A stretch of DNA of 64,000 nucleotides from Burkholderiales bacterium (GCA_028868305.1 JAGWUS010000005.1:21098-85097), one strand, 5' to 3'; counted from the first letter of the stretch, positions 24,465 to 35,665 are shown. Notes: generated by a model not told the origin, from the letters alone. Translations and numbers: made by a program.

Positions 24465-24487
24465 GACACTGAATCAAAAATTCAGTG
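24465..24487 (-). terminator. perfect 9-bp hairpin with the lpd stop codon in its loop (terminator-like, no U-tract)
   Basis: ACACTGAAT-CAAAA-ATTCAGTGT. The lpd stop codon (24474-24476) lies inside the 5-nt loop. Confidence 0.3.
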
Positions 24488-25901
24488 TGCGCTTGTCGAC
24501 TGCCAATGCGGCTTCTTTGGTAGCTTCGCTCAAGCTAGGGTGTGCATGGCAAATGCGCGCGATGTCTTCGGCACTGGCCTTGAATTCCATAGCCACTACA
24601 GCCTCGGAAATCAATTCGCTGGCCTGGGGCCCCACGATGTGAACGCCCAGGATTTCGTCAGTCTTGGCATCGGCCAGGAACTTCACGAAGCCGGTGGTGT
24701 CACCCAGCGCGCGCGCACGACCGTTGGCCAGGAAGGGGAACTGGCCGGCCTTGTAGGCCACTCCGTCCGCCTTGAGTTGCTGCTCCGTGCGACCCACCCA
24801 AGCGATCTCGGGGCTGGTATAGATGACCCAGGGAATGGTATTGAAGTTGACATGTCCATGCTGGCCCGCAATGCGTTCAGCGACGGCAACGCCCTCGTCT
24901 TCCGCCTTGTGCGCCAGCATGGGGCCGCGCACCACATCACCCACCGCCCACACACCGGGCAAATTGGTCTTGCAATCGCCATCCACCACAATTGCGCCGC
25001 GCTCGTCCAGTGCCAGACCAACTGCCTCGGTGTTCAGGCCAACGGTATTGGGCACGCGGCCGATGGAAACGATGAGCTTGTCCACGTCCAGCGTCTGGGC
25101 TTCGCCCTTCGCGTTGGTGTACGCCACGGAAACGCCCTTCTTGCCGTTCTTGATCTCGCCGACCTTGACGCCCAGTTCAATCTTCAGACCCTGCTTGGTG
25201 AACGCTTTGTGCGCCTCCTTGGCAACACCTTCATCCACGGCGCCCAAGAACGCGGGCAGGCCTTCAAGAATGGTGACCTCGGAACCCAGACGCTTCCAGA
25301 CGGAACCCATTTCCAAGCCAATCACACCGGAACCGATCAGGCCCAGCTTCTTGGGCACGGCGCCAATGTTCAGTGCGCCGTCGTTAGACAGCACATTCAC
25401 TTCATCAAACGGCGTGCCGGGCAAGGCGCGCGCGCTGGAGCCGGTGGCGATGATGATTTGTTTGCCAGTAATAGTTTCCTCAGTGGCGCCTGACACCTTG
25501 ATTTCATAACCACCCTCGGCGGCCTTCAAGAACGAACCACGGCCGTGGAAAAACGCAATCTTGTTCTTTTTGAACAAGTACAAGATACCGTCGTTGTTTT
25601 GCTTCACGACGGTGTTCTTGCGAGCAATCATCTTGGCCACATCCATGCTCACACCCTTCACCTCAATACCGTGCTCGGCAAAGTGGTGATTCGCGTGGTT
25701 GAAGTGCTCGGACGACTGCAGCAGCGCCTTGGAGGGAATGCAGCCCACGTTGGTGCAGGTACCACCGGGAGCAGGACCGCCCGCGGCGTTCTTCCACTCG
25801 TCGATACAGGCCACGTTGAAGCCCAACTGGGCCGCGCGAATGGCGGCAATATAGCCACCGGGGCCGCCACCGATGACGACCACGTCAAATTGTTTGCTCA
25901 T
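24474..25901 (-). CDS. lpdA: dihydrolipoyl dehydrogenase (E3)
   Basis: 475 aa with GGGPGGY, the redox-active [10 protein letters not shown] motif and the C-terminal HAHPSLSE interface motif. Confidence 0.95.
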   Translation of the reverse strand: MSKQFDVVVIGGGPGGYIAAIRAAQLGFNVACIDEWKNAAGGPAPGGTCTNVGCIPSKALLQSSEHFNHANHHFAEHGIEVKGVSMDVAKMIARKNTVVKQNNDGILYLFKKNKIAFFHGRGSFLKAAEGGYEIKVSGATEETITGKQIIIATGSSARALPGTPFDEVNVLSNDGALNIGAVPKKLGLIGSGVIGLEMGSVWKRLGSEVTILEGLPAFLGAVDEGVAKEAHKAFTKQGLKIELGVKVGEIKNGKKGVSVAYTNAKGEAQTLDVDKLIVSIGRVPNTVGLNTEAVGLALDERGAIVVDGDCKTNLPGVWAVGDVVRGPMLAHKAEDEGVAVAERIAGQHGHVNFNTIPWVIYTSPEIAWVGRTEQQLKADGVAYKAGQFPFLANGRARALGDTTGFVKFLADAKTDEILGVHIVGPQASELISEAVVAMEFKASAEDIARICHAHPSLSEATKEAALAVDKRTLNF

Positions 25902-25910
25902 GGCGATTCC

Positions 25911-27182
25911 TTAGATATCAAACAACAGACGTGCCGGATCTTCCAGCGCTTCTTTCATCGCGACCAGGCCCAGGACCGCTTCGCGGCCGTCGATGATGCG
26001 GTGGTCGTAGGACATGGCGAAGTAGTTCATGGGGCGAACCACGACCTGGCCGTTTTCCACCATGGCACGGTCTTTGGTCGCGTGCACGCCCAGAATTGCA
26101 GACTGGGGCGGGTTGATGATGGGCGTCGACATCATTGAGCCGAAGGTACCGCCATTAGAGATGGAGAAAGTACCGCCGGTCATTTCTTCAATGCCCAGCT
26201 TGCCGTCCTTGGCCTTTTGACCAAACTCAGCAATCTTCTTTTCGATATCGGCAAAGCTCATCTGGTCCGCATTGCGTAGGATAGGCACCACCAAGCCGCG
26301 GGGTGAACCCACGGCGATACCAATGTCAAAGTAGCCGTGGTAAACGATGTCGTTGCCATCCACCGATGCGTTCAACACGGGGAATTTCTTCAGCGCGTGT
26401 ACTGCGGCCTTGACGAAGAAGCTCATGAAGCCCAGCTTCACGCCGTGTTCTTTCTCGAAACGGTCCTGCATGCGCTTGCGCATTTCCATGACCGGAGCCA
26501 TGTTGATTTCGTTGAAAGTGGTCAGGATCGCATTGCTGCTTTGCGATTGCAGCAGACGCTCGGCCACACGGGCACGCAGTCGGCTCATGGGCACGCGCTG
26601 CTCGGGACGGTCACCCTGGTTCACGCTGGGCCCTGTGACTTGCGGCAAGGAAGATGTCTTGACCCCCGTGGGGATTGCAGAAGCAGCTACAACTTTAGGA
26701 GCAGCTGCACCACTGGCAACAGCACCCAGAACATCACCCTTGGTCACGCGACCGTCTTTGCCGGTACCAGCGACAGAACCTGCCGCCATGCTGTTGTCTG
26801 CCATCAGCTTTGCAGCTGCAGGCATGGCAACACCTGCCTTGGAGTTGCCGCCAGCAGGTGCCGAAGTAGCCGCACTCGCAGCCACCAGGGCGGCGGAAGC
26901 TGCCACCACAGGCGCTACAGGAGCTGCTGCACCCGCATTGGCTTCGGTATCAATGCGGGCGATCAGCTGTTCGGCAGCCACGGTAGTACCGTCAGCCACC
27001 ACCAGTTCCACCAGCACGCCGGCTGCAGGTGCTGGAACTTCCATCACCACTTTGTCGGTTTCGACTTCGATCAAGATCTCGTCGACAGCGACTGCTTCAC
27101 CGATTTTTTTCTTCCACTGCAAGAGGGTTGCTTCGGCCACAGATTCAGAGAGCTGCGGCACTTTTACTTCTACGATAGCCAT
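25911..27182 (-). CDS. sucB: dihydrolipoyllysine-residue succinyltransferase (E2 of 2-oxoglutarate dehydrogenase)
   Basis: Single lipoyl domain (ETDKVVMEV), an Ala/Pro linker and a catalytic domain with the DHRIIDG motif. Confidence 0.9.
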   Translation of the reverse strand: MAIVEVKVPQLSESVAEATLLQWKKKIGEAVAVDEILIEVETDKVVMEVPAPAAGVLVELVVADGTTVAAEQLIARIDTEANAGAAAPVAPVVAASAALVAASAATSAPAGGNSKAGVAMPAAAKLMADNSMAAGSVAGTGKDGRVTKGDVLGAVASGAAAPKVVAASAIPTGVKTSSLPQVTGPSVNQGDRPEQRVPMSRLRARVAERLLQSQSSNAILTTFNEINMAPVMEMRKRMQDRFEKEHGVKLGFMSFFVKAAVHALKKFPVLNASVDGNDIVYHGYFDIGIAVGSPRGLVVPILRNADQMSFADIEKKIAEFGQKAKDGKLGIEEMTGGTFSISNGGTFGSMMSTPIINPPQSAILGVHATKDRAMVENGQVVVRPMNYFAMSYDHRIIDGREAVLGLVAMKEALEDPARLLFDI

Positions 27183-27195
27183 TTGAATTTCTTCC

Positions 27196-30087
27196 TTATT
27201 TGGTCAGGACAAAGCCTTTGAGTTTTCCGAACGCACCTTCCACCAGGGCTTTTTGCTGCTCCTGGTGCAGGTGGGAATAGCCCACTGCGGGTGACGCCGA
27301 AGCGGCGCGGCCGGAGTAACCCAGCTTCTGGCCTTCCAACATGTTCTCGTGAATGTAGTGCTGCACGAAGAACCAGGCGCCCTGGTTCTGTGGCTCGTCC
27401 TGGCACCAAACCACGTCCGTCGCGTTGGGGTACTTCTTGAGTTCGGCGGCGAAGGCCTTGTGCGGGAACGGATAAAGCTGTTCCACACGCAGAATGGCCA
27501 CGTCATCCTGACCTTTTTCATCACGCTTCTTGACCAGGTCGTAGTACACCTTGCCAGAGCAGGTGATGACGCGTTTGACCTTGTCGGCCTTGAGTTCCTT
27601 GTTCTCGGGGATAACCGTCTGAAACGCGCCCTTGGTGAACTCGGACAATGGCGATGTAGCATCCTTGTTACGCAGCAGGGACTTGGGCGTAAAGATCACC
27701 AGCGGCTTGCGCAGGTTACGCACCATCTGGCGACGCAACACATGGAAGATCTGGCTGGCCGTGGTGGGCTGCACGATCTGCATATTGGTGTCCGCTGCCA
27801 GCTGCATGAAGCGCTCCACACGGGCCGAGCTGTGCTCAGGGCCCTGGCCTTCGTAGCCATGCGGCAACATCAGGGTGATGCCGTTCACGCGGCCCCACTT
27901 CACTTCGCCTGAGGCGATGAACTGGTCGATCACCACTTGCGCGCCATTGGCAAAGTCGCCGAACTGGGCTTCCCAGATCACCAGGGTATTGGGATCGTTG
28001 GAAGCATAGCCGTATTCAAAGCCCAGCACCGCCTCTTCGGACAGGATGGAGTCGATGACCACGAACGGAGCCTGGTTCTCGGCCACGTTCTGCAATGGCA
28101 CGTAGGTACCCACGTCCCACTTTTCGCGATTCTGGTCGTGAATCACAGCGTGGCGGTGGGTGAAGGTTCCGCGTCCGCAGTCTTCGCCGGACAGGCGCAC
28201 GGGATAGCCGCTGGCCACCAAGGAGGCAAACGCCATGTGCTCGCCCATGCCCCAGTCCACATTGATCTCGCCACGGCCCATGGCTGCGCGGTCGTCATAC
28301 ACCTTTTTCACCAGTTGGTGGGGAGAAACACTGGCCGGGAGTGTAGTCAGCTTTTCCGACAGGCGCTTCCACTCCGTCAGCGGAATGGCAGTGTCACCTG
28401 CATCGGTCCACTTCTTGCCTAGGAACGGAGACCAGTCCACCGCATACTTGCTCTTGAAGTTAGTCAGCACCGGGTCAACCGTGTGCTTGCCGGCATCCAT
28501 GGCGGTGCGGTAGGCCTTGACCATGTCGTCACCCAGCGTGGCACCCAAGCCCTGGGTTGTAAGCTTGTCGGCGTACAGCCTGCGGGTACCAGGGTGGGCC
28601 GCAATTTTCTTGTACATCAGCGGCTGGGTCAGGCTGGGGGTGTCCTGCTCGTTGTGGCCCAGCTTGCGGAAGCAGGTGATGTCCACCACCACGTCCTGGC
28701 GGAATTCCATGCGGAATTCGAGGGCCAACTGGGTAGCCAGCACCACAGCTTCCGGATCATCGCCATTGACGTGCAACACAGGCGCTTCCACCATCTTGAC
28801 GATGTCGGTGCAGAACGCACTGGAGCGCATGTCGCGGGGGTCGGACGTGGTGAAACCGATCTGGTTGTTGATGATGAGGTGCACTGTGCCACCGGTGGTG
28901 TAGCCACGGGTTTGCGCCAGACACAGGGTTTCCTGGTTGACGCCCTGGCCACCGAAAGCAGCATCGCCGTGCACCAGCACAGGCAGCACCTGGCTACCCT
29001 TGGGGTCGTCACGGCGGTCCATGCGGGCACGTACCGAACCTTCCACCACCGGATTCACAATTTCCAGGTGCGAGGGGTTGAACGCCAGTGACAGGTGCAC
29101 CGGACCACCCGCGGTGGACACGTCCGAGCTGAAACCCTGGTGGTATTTCACGTCACCGGCTGGCAATTCTTCAGGGGCTGTGTGATCGAACTCGGCAAAC
29201 AGGTCGCCAGGCATCTTGCCCAGCGTGTTGACCAGCACGTTCAGGCGGCCACGGTGGGCCATACCGATAACGATTTCCTGCACACCCTTGGCTCCGGCCT
29301 GCTGGATCAGTTCATCCATTGCGGCGATAAAGCTCTCGCCACCTTCCAGCGAGAAGCGTTTCTGGCCCACATACTTGGTGTGCAGGAAACGCTCGAGACC
29401 TTCTGCTGCGGTCAGACGATCGAGAATCGCCTTTTTCTTGTCCGCGCTGAAGTTGGGCTTGCTGCGAATGGATTCGAGCTTTTGCTGCCACCAGCGCTTC
29501 TGGTTCTGGTCGGTGGTGTACATGTACTCGGCACCGATGGTGCCGCAGTAGGTTTCACGCAGCGCATTCATCAACTCACGCAGGCTCATCGACTCTTTGC
29601 CGAAGAAGGTGTTGCTGATGTTGAACACCGTTTCCTGGTCAGCATCATTGAAGCCGTAGAAGGACAGTTCCAGTTCAGGAATCTTGTCGCGCTCGGTGCG
29701 CTTGAGCGGATCGAGATCAGCCCAGCGTGCGCCCACATTGCGGTAGGCCGCAATCAACTGCTGCACGGCAGTGCGCTTGCGGCCCATTTCGGAGTCGGCC
29801 CCGGTGGCCATCACCACGCGGCTGACACCCTGCTTGGCACGCTCGGCAAATGCATTGATAACCGGGAGATGGGCTACGTCCTTGGCGCTGCTGCCGTCCA
29901 CTGCGGGAACGTGCTGCAAGGCGTCAAAGTAATCGCGCCAGGAATCTGGAACACTGCCCGGGTTATTCAGGTAGTTTTCGTACATCTCTTCGACGTACGG
30001 GGCATTGCCCCCAAAAAGATAGGTATTGCTCTGGTACGTTTCGTACACAGACGAAGGGTTCGCCCCTGGGGACGTTGTCTCACTCAT
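27196..30087 (-). CDS. sucA: 2-oxoglutarate dehydrogenase E1 component
   Basis: 963 aa with N-terminus [18 protein letters not shown] and a ThDP-binding region. It sits in the sucA-sucB-lpd order. Confidence 0.95.
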   Translation of the reverse strand: MSETTSPGANPSSVYETYQSNTYLFGGNAPYVEEMYENYLNNPGSVPDSWRDYFDALQHVPAVDGSSAKDVAHLPVINAFAERAKQGVSRVVMATGADSEMGRKRTAVQQLIAAYRNVGARWADLDPLKRTERDKIPELELSFYGFNDADQETVFNISNTFFGKESMSLRELMNALRETYCGTIGAEYMYTTDQNQKRWWQQKLESIRSKPNFSADKKKAILDRLTAAEGLERFLHTKYVGQKRFSLEGGESFIAAMDELIQQAGAKGVQEIVIGMAHRGRLNVLVNTLGKMPGDLFAEFDHTAPEELPAGDVKYHQGFSSDVSTAGGPVHLSLAFNPSHLEIVNPVVEGSVRARMDRRDDPKGSQVLPVLVHGDAAFGGQGVNQETLCLAQTRGYTTGGTVHLIINNQIGFTTSDPRDMRSSAFCTDIVKMVEAPVLHVNGDDPEAVVLATQLALEFRMEFRQDVVVDITCFRKLGHNEQDTPSLTQPLMYKKIAAHPGTRRLYADKLTTQGLGATLGDDMVKAYRTAMDAGKHTVDPVLTNFKSKYAVDWSPFLGKKWTDAGDTAIPLTEWKRLSEKLTTLPASVSPHQLVKKVYDDRAAMGRGEINVDWGMGEHMAFASLVASGYPVRLSGEDCGRGTFTHRHAVIHDQNREKWDVGTYVPLQNVAENQAPFVVIDSILSEEAVLGFEYGYASNDPNTLVIWEAQFGDFANGAQVVIDQFIASGEVKWGRVNGITLMLPHGYEGQGPEHSSARVERFMQLAADTNMQIVQPTTASQIFHVLRRQMVRNLRKPLVIFTPKSLLRNKDATSPLSEFTKGAFQTVIPENKELKADKVKRVITCSGKVYYDLVKKRDEKGQDDVAILRVEQLYPFPHKAFAAELKKYPNATDVVWCQDEPQNQGAWFFVQHYIHENMLEGQKLGYSGRAASASPAVGYSHLHQEQQKALVEGAFGKLKGFVLTK

Positions 30088-30279
30088 ATTCCGCTGACCT
30101 CCGTTCCCCTTGAGGGAACATAAGCTGGTTAAAGCTGTTGATTAACCTTCCGCGACACGGCTGAACCGTTTGGCGGATGCGACTGTGGCATGGGAAGGGC
30201 CTAAATTGCAATGCGAATTGTGCCACCGAATCATGCAAAGCCAAAGACTCAACACAACCCGGTGTACCAAAACCACACG

Positions 30280-32175
30280 TCAGGGTGTTGTCAGATCCTT
30301 GATTTGCTGCAAGGCAGCTGGATCTTCCATCGTCGTCAAATCGCCGGGGTCGCGGCCCTCGCACACCGCCTGAATAGCACGGCGCAAGAGTTTTCCGCTA
30401 CGCGTTTTGGGTAGCACCGCGACAAAGCGCACACGTGCTGGACGCCCCACGGCACCGATCGTGTTGTCCACGACCTTCATGACCTCGCCTTCCAGTTTGA
30501 GGCGGGCTGCGTCATCCACCAACACCGAGGCGTCCTTGACGACGGCAAAGGCCATGGCGACCTGGCCTTTGAGCTGGTCAGCAACCCCCACCACGGCCAC
30601 TTCGGAAATATTGGGGTGGCTGGAAATAGCCTCCTCAATCTCGCGGGTCCCCAGACGGTGCCCAGCCACGTTGATCACGTCATCGGTACGGCCCAGGATG
30701 AAAAAATAGCCGTCGTCGTCGCGAATGCCCCAGTCAAAGGTGCTGTACACCATACGGCCCGGTACGCTGGACCAGTAGGTTTTGACAAACCGCTCATCAT
30801 CACGCCACACGGTTTGCATACAACCCGGAGGCAAGGGCCCTTCAATCGCCACCACACCCTTCTGGTTGGGGCCGGTCAACTCTTCACCCGTCTGGTCGTC
30901 CAGCAGCTTGACGTTGTAGCCATAAACGGCCTTGCCTGGAGAGCCAAACTTGCTGTCTGCCTGCTCGACACCGTTGCACAGTGACAGAATGGGCCAACCG
31001 GTCTCTGTCTGCCAGTAGTTGTCGATGATGGGTTTTTTCAGGCTGCTACTGATCCATTGCGCGGTAGGCTCATCCAGTGGTTCACCTGCCAGGAACAGGG
31101 CCCGCAGGCTCGACAAATCGTATTTGGTGAGCAAGGCCGGGTCTTGTTTCTTGAGCACACGCACCGCCGTGGGTGCGCTGAACATCACAGTCACCTTGTA
31201 TTTCTCGACCAGGCTCCACCAGATGCCGCCGTCGGGACGCGTAGGCAGTCCTTCGTACATGATGGTGGCCATACCGGCAATCAGCGGGCCATAAATGATG
31301 TAGCTATGCCCCACCACCCAGCCGATGTCGCTGGTGGAGAAATAGGTTTCGCCGGCGTTGCCGCAGTAGATGTGTTTCATGCTGGCGGCCAACGCCACGG
31401 CATAACCACCGGTATCGCGCTGCACACCCTTGGGCTTGCCGGTCGTACCACTGGTGTAGAGCGTGTAGCTCGGGTGAGTGGCATCCACCCACTCGCAGGG
31501 CACCAATGCACGCATGTGCTTTTCGCGCAGCGCCCCCCATAGATGGTCACGATCTGCTACCAAATTCATAGCAGCCAGCTTGCGATCCACCATCAGTACG
31601 CCACTGGGCTTGTGGCTGGATGTCGCAATGGCCTCGTCCAGCAAAGGCTTGTACTCCACCACCTTGCCACCGCGCGAACCGGCATCCGCGCTGACAATCA
31701 GCGTGGGCGACGCATCTTCGATACGGGACGCCAGCGACCCCGCTGCAAAACCACCAAAGACCACCGAGTGAATGGCACCAATGCGCGTACAGGCCAGCAT
31801 GGCAAATGCCGCCTCGGCAATCATGGGCATGTAGATCAGGACGCGGTCACCCTTTTTGACGCCCAAATCCAGCAAAGCCGCAGCCATGCGTTGCACTTCC
31901 GCATGCAGTTCGGTGAAGGAATAGACTTTCTCCGTGTTGGTTTCGGTGGAAACCGCAATCAGGGCCGCCTGATCCGCACGGTCTTTCAGGTGCCGGTCCA
32001 CCGCGTTGTGGCACAGATTGGTAGTACCCCCGACAAACCAGCGCGCAAAGGGAGGGTTGCTGTAGTCGCAGACCTGCTGGGGTGGGGTTTTCCAGTCGAT
32101 GAGCTGGGCTTGTTCAGACCAGAAACCATCACGGTCCTGGATTGAACGACGATGAAATTCTGCGTACGCGGTCAT
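30280..32175 (-). CDS. prpE: propionate--CoA ligase (acyl-CoA synthetase family)
   Basis: 631 aa. The N-terminus FHRRSIQDRDGFWSEQAQLIDWKTPPQQVCDYSNPPFARWFVGGTTNLCHNAVDRHL closely parallels enterobacterial PrpE. The AMP-binding motif YTSGTTGKPKG is present. Confidence 0.8.
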   Translation of the reverse strand: MTAYAEFHRRSIQDRDGFWSEQAQLIDWKTPPQQVCDYSNPPFARWFVGGTTNLCHNAVDRHLKDRADQAALIAVSTETNTEKVYSFTELHAEVQRMAAALLDLGVKKGDRVLIYMPMIAEAAFAMLACTRIGAIHSVVFGGFAAGSLASRIEDASPTLIVSADAGSRGGKVVEYKPLLDEAIATSSHKPSGVLMVDRKLAAMNLVADRDHLWGALREKHMRALVPCEWVDATHPSYTLYTSGTTGKPKGVQRDTGGYAVALAASMKHIYCGNAGETYFSTSDIGWVVGHSYIIYGPLIAGMATIMYEGLPTRPDGGIWWSLVEKYKVTVMFSAPTAVRVLKKQDPALLTKYDLSSLRALFLAGEPLDEPTAQWISSSLKKPIIDNYWQTETGWPILSLCNGVEQADSKFGSPGKAVYGYNVKLLDDQTGEELTGPNQKGVVAIEGPLPPGCMQTVWRDDERFVKTYWSSVPGRMVYSTFDWGIRDDDGYFFILGRTDDVINVAGHRLGTREIEEAISSHPNISEVAVVGVADQLKGQVAMAFAVVKDASVLVDDAARLKLEGEVMKVVDNTIGAVGRPARVRFVAVLPKTRSGKLLRRAIQAVCEGRDPGDLTTMEDPAALQQIKDLTTP

Positions 32176-32206
32176 TGGGTGTCTCCGTTCGGGCCGATAA
32201 AACTGA

Positions 32207-32222
32207 ATTCATAATTATGAAT
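32207..32222. promoter_or_regulatory. perfect 16-bp palindrome upstream of prpE (candidate operator)
   Basis: ATTCATAATTATGAAT lies 32-47 nt upstream of the prpE start codon (32173-32175). Confidence 0.35.
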
Positions 32223-32273
32223 AAGCAACTTGCTGCAAGCTGACTTGCGCTATCCCGATGTGCGGCGGGCAGC

Positions 32274-32984
32274 TTAGTGGATCTGGCCGTACACGCTGCT
32301 GGCCAGCGCCATCAATGTGGCCTTGTCCACCAGACCGGAAAGTGCATAGCCAAAGCCACCTTCCACCCAGTAAAAACTCGGCACCGCACCACCCGGTTCA
32401 AACCGGAACTGTGCGGACTGGCTGTCCATGTGCGCTGATGCGGTTTCCAAAGCGCCCATGTAGAGCGTCAGACGCCTTCCCTGGGTATCCTGAAACATGA
32501 ATTGCGCCCGTGCGCCGGTTTCACCAGGCAGCAATCGACCACCCACCAGCTCAAAACCCTGCGCACTCAGTTTTGGAATCTGCAGCGGTTTACCCAGCCG
32601 TTTGGACAGCCATAGCACCAGATGCTCGTGCTCTGCCGCGGTGACCTCTACCGGATGGCGCTTTTCCGGCAGGTATACGTCATACGCAAAGCTGGCCTGG
32701 CGCACAAACTCCCGTTCGACAGAAACCTTTGCCTGGCTGCCAGCGGTACTGTGCTGCAGCATGAAACCGTGCGAAAACCATCCCACTCCCACGGACAAGA
32801 CAAAACTTGCGGCCATGGTCCCCCAGCGGCGGTTGCTGGCAGCGTCCCGCTGCGCCTGCTCCAAACGCAGTGCTGCATCGCGCAAACTGGGTGGGACAGG
32901 CTCCGCCAACACTTCGCGGTGGAGCTCACGCAGTGATGCATCCAATGCGGCTTCCAGAGGCTCAGATTCGTTGGGGTATGTCAT
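32274..32984 (-). CDS. anti-sigma factor (single-pass membrane protein)
   Basis: 236 aa with a short cytoplasmic N-domain, one TM helix (WGTMAASFVLSVGVGWF) and a periplasmic domain. It overlaps the ECF sigma gene by 4 nt. Confidence 0.6.
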   Translation of the reverse strand: MTYPNESEPLEAALDASLRELHREVLAEPVPPSLRDAALRLEQAQRDAASNRRWGTMAASFVLSVGVGWFSHGFMLQHSTAGSQAKVSVEREFVRQASFAYDVYLPEKRHPVEVTAAEHEHLVLWLSKRLGKPLQIPKLSAQGFELVGGRLLPGETGARAQFMFQDTQGRRLTLYMGALETASAHMDSQSAQFRFEPGGAVPSFYWVEGGFGYALSGLVDKATLMALASSVYGQIH

Positions 32985-33529
32985 TTCAATCGCCGCAATT
33001 GCGCTGTTGCCTTGGTGGCATGGGGAGTTTGCGCAGCATCTGTCCGGACATTGTTGGGTTGATGCATAAGCTCACGCATTCTGTCCCTCGCACGGGACAG
33101 GCGGGACATGACCGTGCCTATCGGAACGCCTGTCACTTTGGCAACCTCGGCATAGGACATGTCTTCCAACGTCACCAGCAACAGGACAAACCGCTGGTCT
33201 ACCGGCAACCGTAGCAGGCAGCGCTGCAAATCAATATGCAGATCAGCAGTGTGAGACGGTGCCTGCAATTCGTGAACCGCGTCCTCCAGATCAACTGCGA
33301 GATACGAAGGTGCACGCCGCTGCCGCCGCACGTCACTGATAAACAGGTTGTGCATCACGGTAAACAGCCAGGCGCGCAGGTCGGTACCCGCGAGCCATAA
33401 ACGCCACCGAGAGCAGGCCCGCTCCAGCGTATCCTGCACCAAATCATCAGCCGCCCACACATCACCGGTCAGCGAGCGCGCATAGCGTCGCAAGGCCGGA
33501 ATGTGTTCAACAATGGACTGACGACCCAT
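32981..33529 (-). CDS. ECF-type RNA polymerase sigma factor
   Basis: 182 aa with region 2 (DLVQDTLERA...WLFTVMHNLFISDVRR) and region 4 (SYAEVAKVTGVPIGTVMSRLSRAR). Confidence 0.85.
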   Translation of the reverse strand: MGRQSIVEHIPALRRYARSLTGDVWAADDLVQDTLERACSRWRLWLAGTDLRAWLFTVMHNLFISDVRRQRRAPSYLAVDLEDAVHELQAPSHTADLHIDLQRCLLRLPVDQRFVLLLVTLEDMSYAEVAKVTGVPIGTVMSRLSRARDRMRELMHQPNNVRTDAAQTPHATKATAQLRRLK

Positions 33530-33563
33530 AGGTCCCAGCCATCAGTTGCAGGACTGGGACATA

Positions 33564-33962
33564 TCAAGGCCTGGCAACTTGCCAAACCTTGTTGAAACCA
33601 TCACCGGTCTTGTCGCCGGGCTTGGCATCCTTCACCCAATAGTACAGCGGCTTGCCCTTCATCGCCCATTGCTTCTTGCCATCGTCGCGGGTAATGACGG
33701 TGAAATCGCCGGCCGCTGCATCCATGTCAGTTGCCATCAATGGTGGCCAGTTGGTGGCGCAAGGGCCATTGCATGTTGATTTGCCAGATCCGGCAAGGTC
33801 TTTATCAAAGGTATACAGCGTCATGCCGTTGGGGCCTGTCAGTACGCCATCAGCCACCTTGGCAGGTGCATTCCCCATGGACGCGCAGCCGCCCAGCAAT
33901 GTCGCAGTCAAGGCGGCAGCAATGGTGACATGTCGGGTGAGGCTGGAAAAGTAGGAATTCAT
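33564..33962 (-). CDS. small periplasmic lipoprotein (COG4315-like, tandem Y-x-F/W-x-x-D repeats)
   Basis: The start is the ATG at 33960-33962, preceded by GGAGA. It has the lipobox LLGGC and repeats LYTFDKD and LYYWVKD. The track's longer N-terminus lacks support. Confidence 0.6.
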   Translation of the reverse strand: MNSYFSSLTRHVTIAAALTATLLGGCASMGNAPAKVADGVLTGPNGMTLYTFDKDLAGSGKSTCNGPCATNWPPLMATDMDAAAGDFTVITRDDGKKQWAMKGKPLYYWVKDAKPGDKTGDGFNKVWQVARP

Positions 33963-34006
33963 AGAGTTCTCCGTGAAGGTGCGCATCAAAGTGTGTGCAA
34001 ACGGAT

Positions 34007-34033
34007 GAACGCTGTAGAGCCCGACTTTATTCC
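34007..34033 (-). promoter_or_regulatory. candidate ECF-type promoter (GGAAT-N17-CGTTC) for the lipoprotein/sigma/anti-sigma operon
   Basis: The minus strand reads GGAATAAAGTCGGGCTCTACAGCGTTC about 45 nt upstream of the lipoprotein ATG. It approximates the common ECF GGAAC-N16/17-CGT pattern. Confidence 0.3.
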
Positions 34034-34106
34034 ACTGCCATAAAAAAATATTTTGGGCCTGTGGATAAAACCCGGACGACCATGCCCTCAAGCGGCAACC
34101 GCAGCA

Positions 34107-34721
34107 CTACTTGATGAGCGCCTGAATATCGCGAAACTGGGGATGCTCAGCGCTACGCAACCATTCAAACGCCACCATTTCTGTCGTGACCAGTTCAACG
34201 CCAGCCCCCGCAAGACGGTCAAATGCGGCATCGCGGTTACGTTCCGTGCGCGAGCTGCAGGCGTCGGTCACCACCCAGACATCGAACTCGTCTTCCAGCA
34301 GGTCCAGCGCGGTTTGCAGCAGACAGATATGCGCCTCGCAACCCGCAAGAACTATCGTATCTCTGGTTGACGCGCCCGCTGCAGGCTTCTGCAGGTGTTT
34401 GGGCAGACTTCGGGCATTGCCCTGAACAGGCTTGGCAGGCGGACGCAACCACTCCCCTAGCCCCTCCTCGACCGCGCTGAACTGCATCTTTGCCAGGACA
34501 CGCGCCCTGGCCTCCAGCATGGCGTCTTTCAACTCCGCCACGCTCTCGCCCAGCTTGGCGGGGTTCTGCTCGGTCACAAAAGTTGGCACCTGCAAAGCTG
34601 CAGCCATGCGCGCCAACCGTACCGCATTGGACAGAGCGGCGACCTGGTCGTGCATCGCCGGCATCAGACGCGACTGGTAATCCACAAGCACCAACTGCGA
34701 TGCATCCAATTCAAGCAACAT
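34107..34721 (-). CDS. isochorismatase-family hydrolase
   Basis: Contains LVLVDYQ, a catalytic-Cys context (IVLAGCEAHICLLQTALDL) and VVTDACSS. I preferred the ATG at 34721 over the one at 34748. Confidence 0.7.
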   Translation of the reverse strand: MLLELDASQLVLVDYQSRLMPAMHDQVAALSNAVRLARMAAALQVPTFVTEQNPAKLGESVAELKDAMLEARARVLAKMQFSAVEEGLGEWLRPPAKPVQGNARSLPKHLQKPAAGASTRDTIVLAGCEAHICLLQTALDLLEDEFDVWVVTDACSSRTERNRDAAFDRLAGAGVELVTTEMVAFEWLRSAEHPQFRDIQALIK

Positions 34722-34784
34722 GACTTTTTCCCCGGAAGAGTTAAGCAAGCATAACCAATTCGTCCTCTGGGCACGCCTGCGTGC

Positions 34785-35465
34785 TCAGCGGAACAAATCG
34801 ACTTGCGGAGCGGCAGCTTTATCCGCAGCACCTGTGACCGAAGCTTGTACTTCCGCCTGGTAGCGATTGAGCAGATCCTGCAAATAGCGGGCAAATAATG
34901 CCTCTGGCGACTGCTCAGGTGCTTGCAGCCGATTGGTATCCTGCGCCATCAAGAGGCCGACGCCCTGCGCCAGCAAGGCCTCAAGTTCGCCATCCAGCTG
35001 CCCGGGGGTTGCCCCTGATGCCAACAAGGCTTCCCCCATGGGCTCCAGCGTCTTGCGTATCTGGCTGTGCACGCGCCTGCCAATGTCCGCCTGCGCGCGC
35101 TGGGTTCCTATCCCTGCCAATAGGTAAAGCATCAGCTCCATATCGTGAGGCTGGGAAATAAAGAACGTCAGCCAGGCCTGGCCCCTGGCCAGCAACATGT
35201 GCTCCGGATGGCCTTTAGGCGGCCTGGCGGCGAGCACCGCTGTCTGCAAACGCCCGGTCATCTCCTCCAGAAGCGCGGAAAGCAATTCCTGTTTGCTGGA
35301 AAAGTAAGCGTACAAGGCCCCAACGGTGTAACCCGCCTGCTTGGCAATTTCCCGCATGCTTGTGCGTTCCAGCCCCAATCTGGAAAACGCCACCCTGGCG
35401 GCATCCAGAATTAGTCCTTTGCGCGCATCCGCCATGGCCAATTGGCGTCGAATTTTTGCTTCCAT
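34785..35465 (-). CDS. TetR-family transcriptional regulator
   Basis: N-terminal HTH (FSRLGLERTSMREIAKQAGYTVGALYAYFSSKQELL); 226 aa. Confidence 0.85.
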   Translation of the reverse strand: MEAKIRRQLAMADARKGLILDAARVAFSRLGLERTSMREIAKQAGYTVGALYAYFSSKQELLSALLEEMTGRLQTAVLAARPPKGHPEHMLLARGQAWLTFFISQPHDMELMLYLLAGIGTQRAQADIGRRVHSQIRKTLEPMGEALLASGATPGQLDGELEALLAQGVGLLMAQDTNRLQAPEQSPEALFARYLQDLLNRYQAEVQASVTGAADKAAAPQVDLFR

Positions 35466-35542
35466 AACAAAACTATTACTAAGTTCTGGCTAATTATATT
35501 TTAAAGACAATGAAGATATTTTTAAACGATATATGTTCATTA

Positions 35543-35555
35543 TAAACATTGTTTA
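35543..35555. promoter_or_regulatory. palindrome TAAACA-T-TGTTTA nested in TTTAAAC...GTTTAAA (candidate TetR operator)
   Basis: TAAACATTGTTTA spans 35543-35555, with an outer inverted repeat TTTAAAC (35521-35527) / GTTTAAA (35551-35557). A perfect TATAAT on the minus strand (35493-35498) lies 27 nt upstream of the tetR ATG. Confidence 0.3.
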
Positions 35556-35665
35556 AATTCATCAACAACAGATCCCCATCCGAGAATGCATGCATCACAC
35601 TGAAACATTCTGTAAAATCGTTAAAAATCAATATGTTATGGAAACTTTGTAATGTTTTTTCGAGA

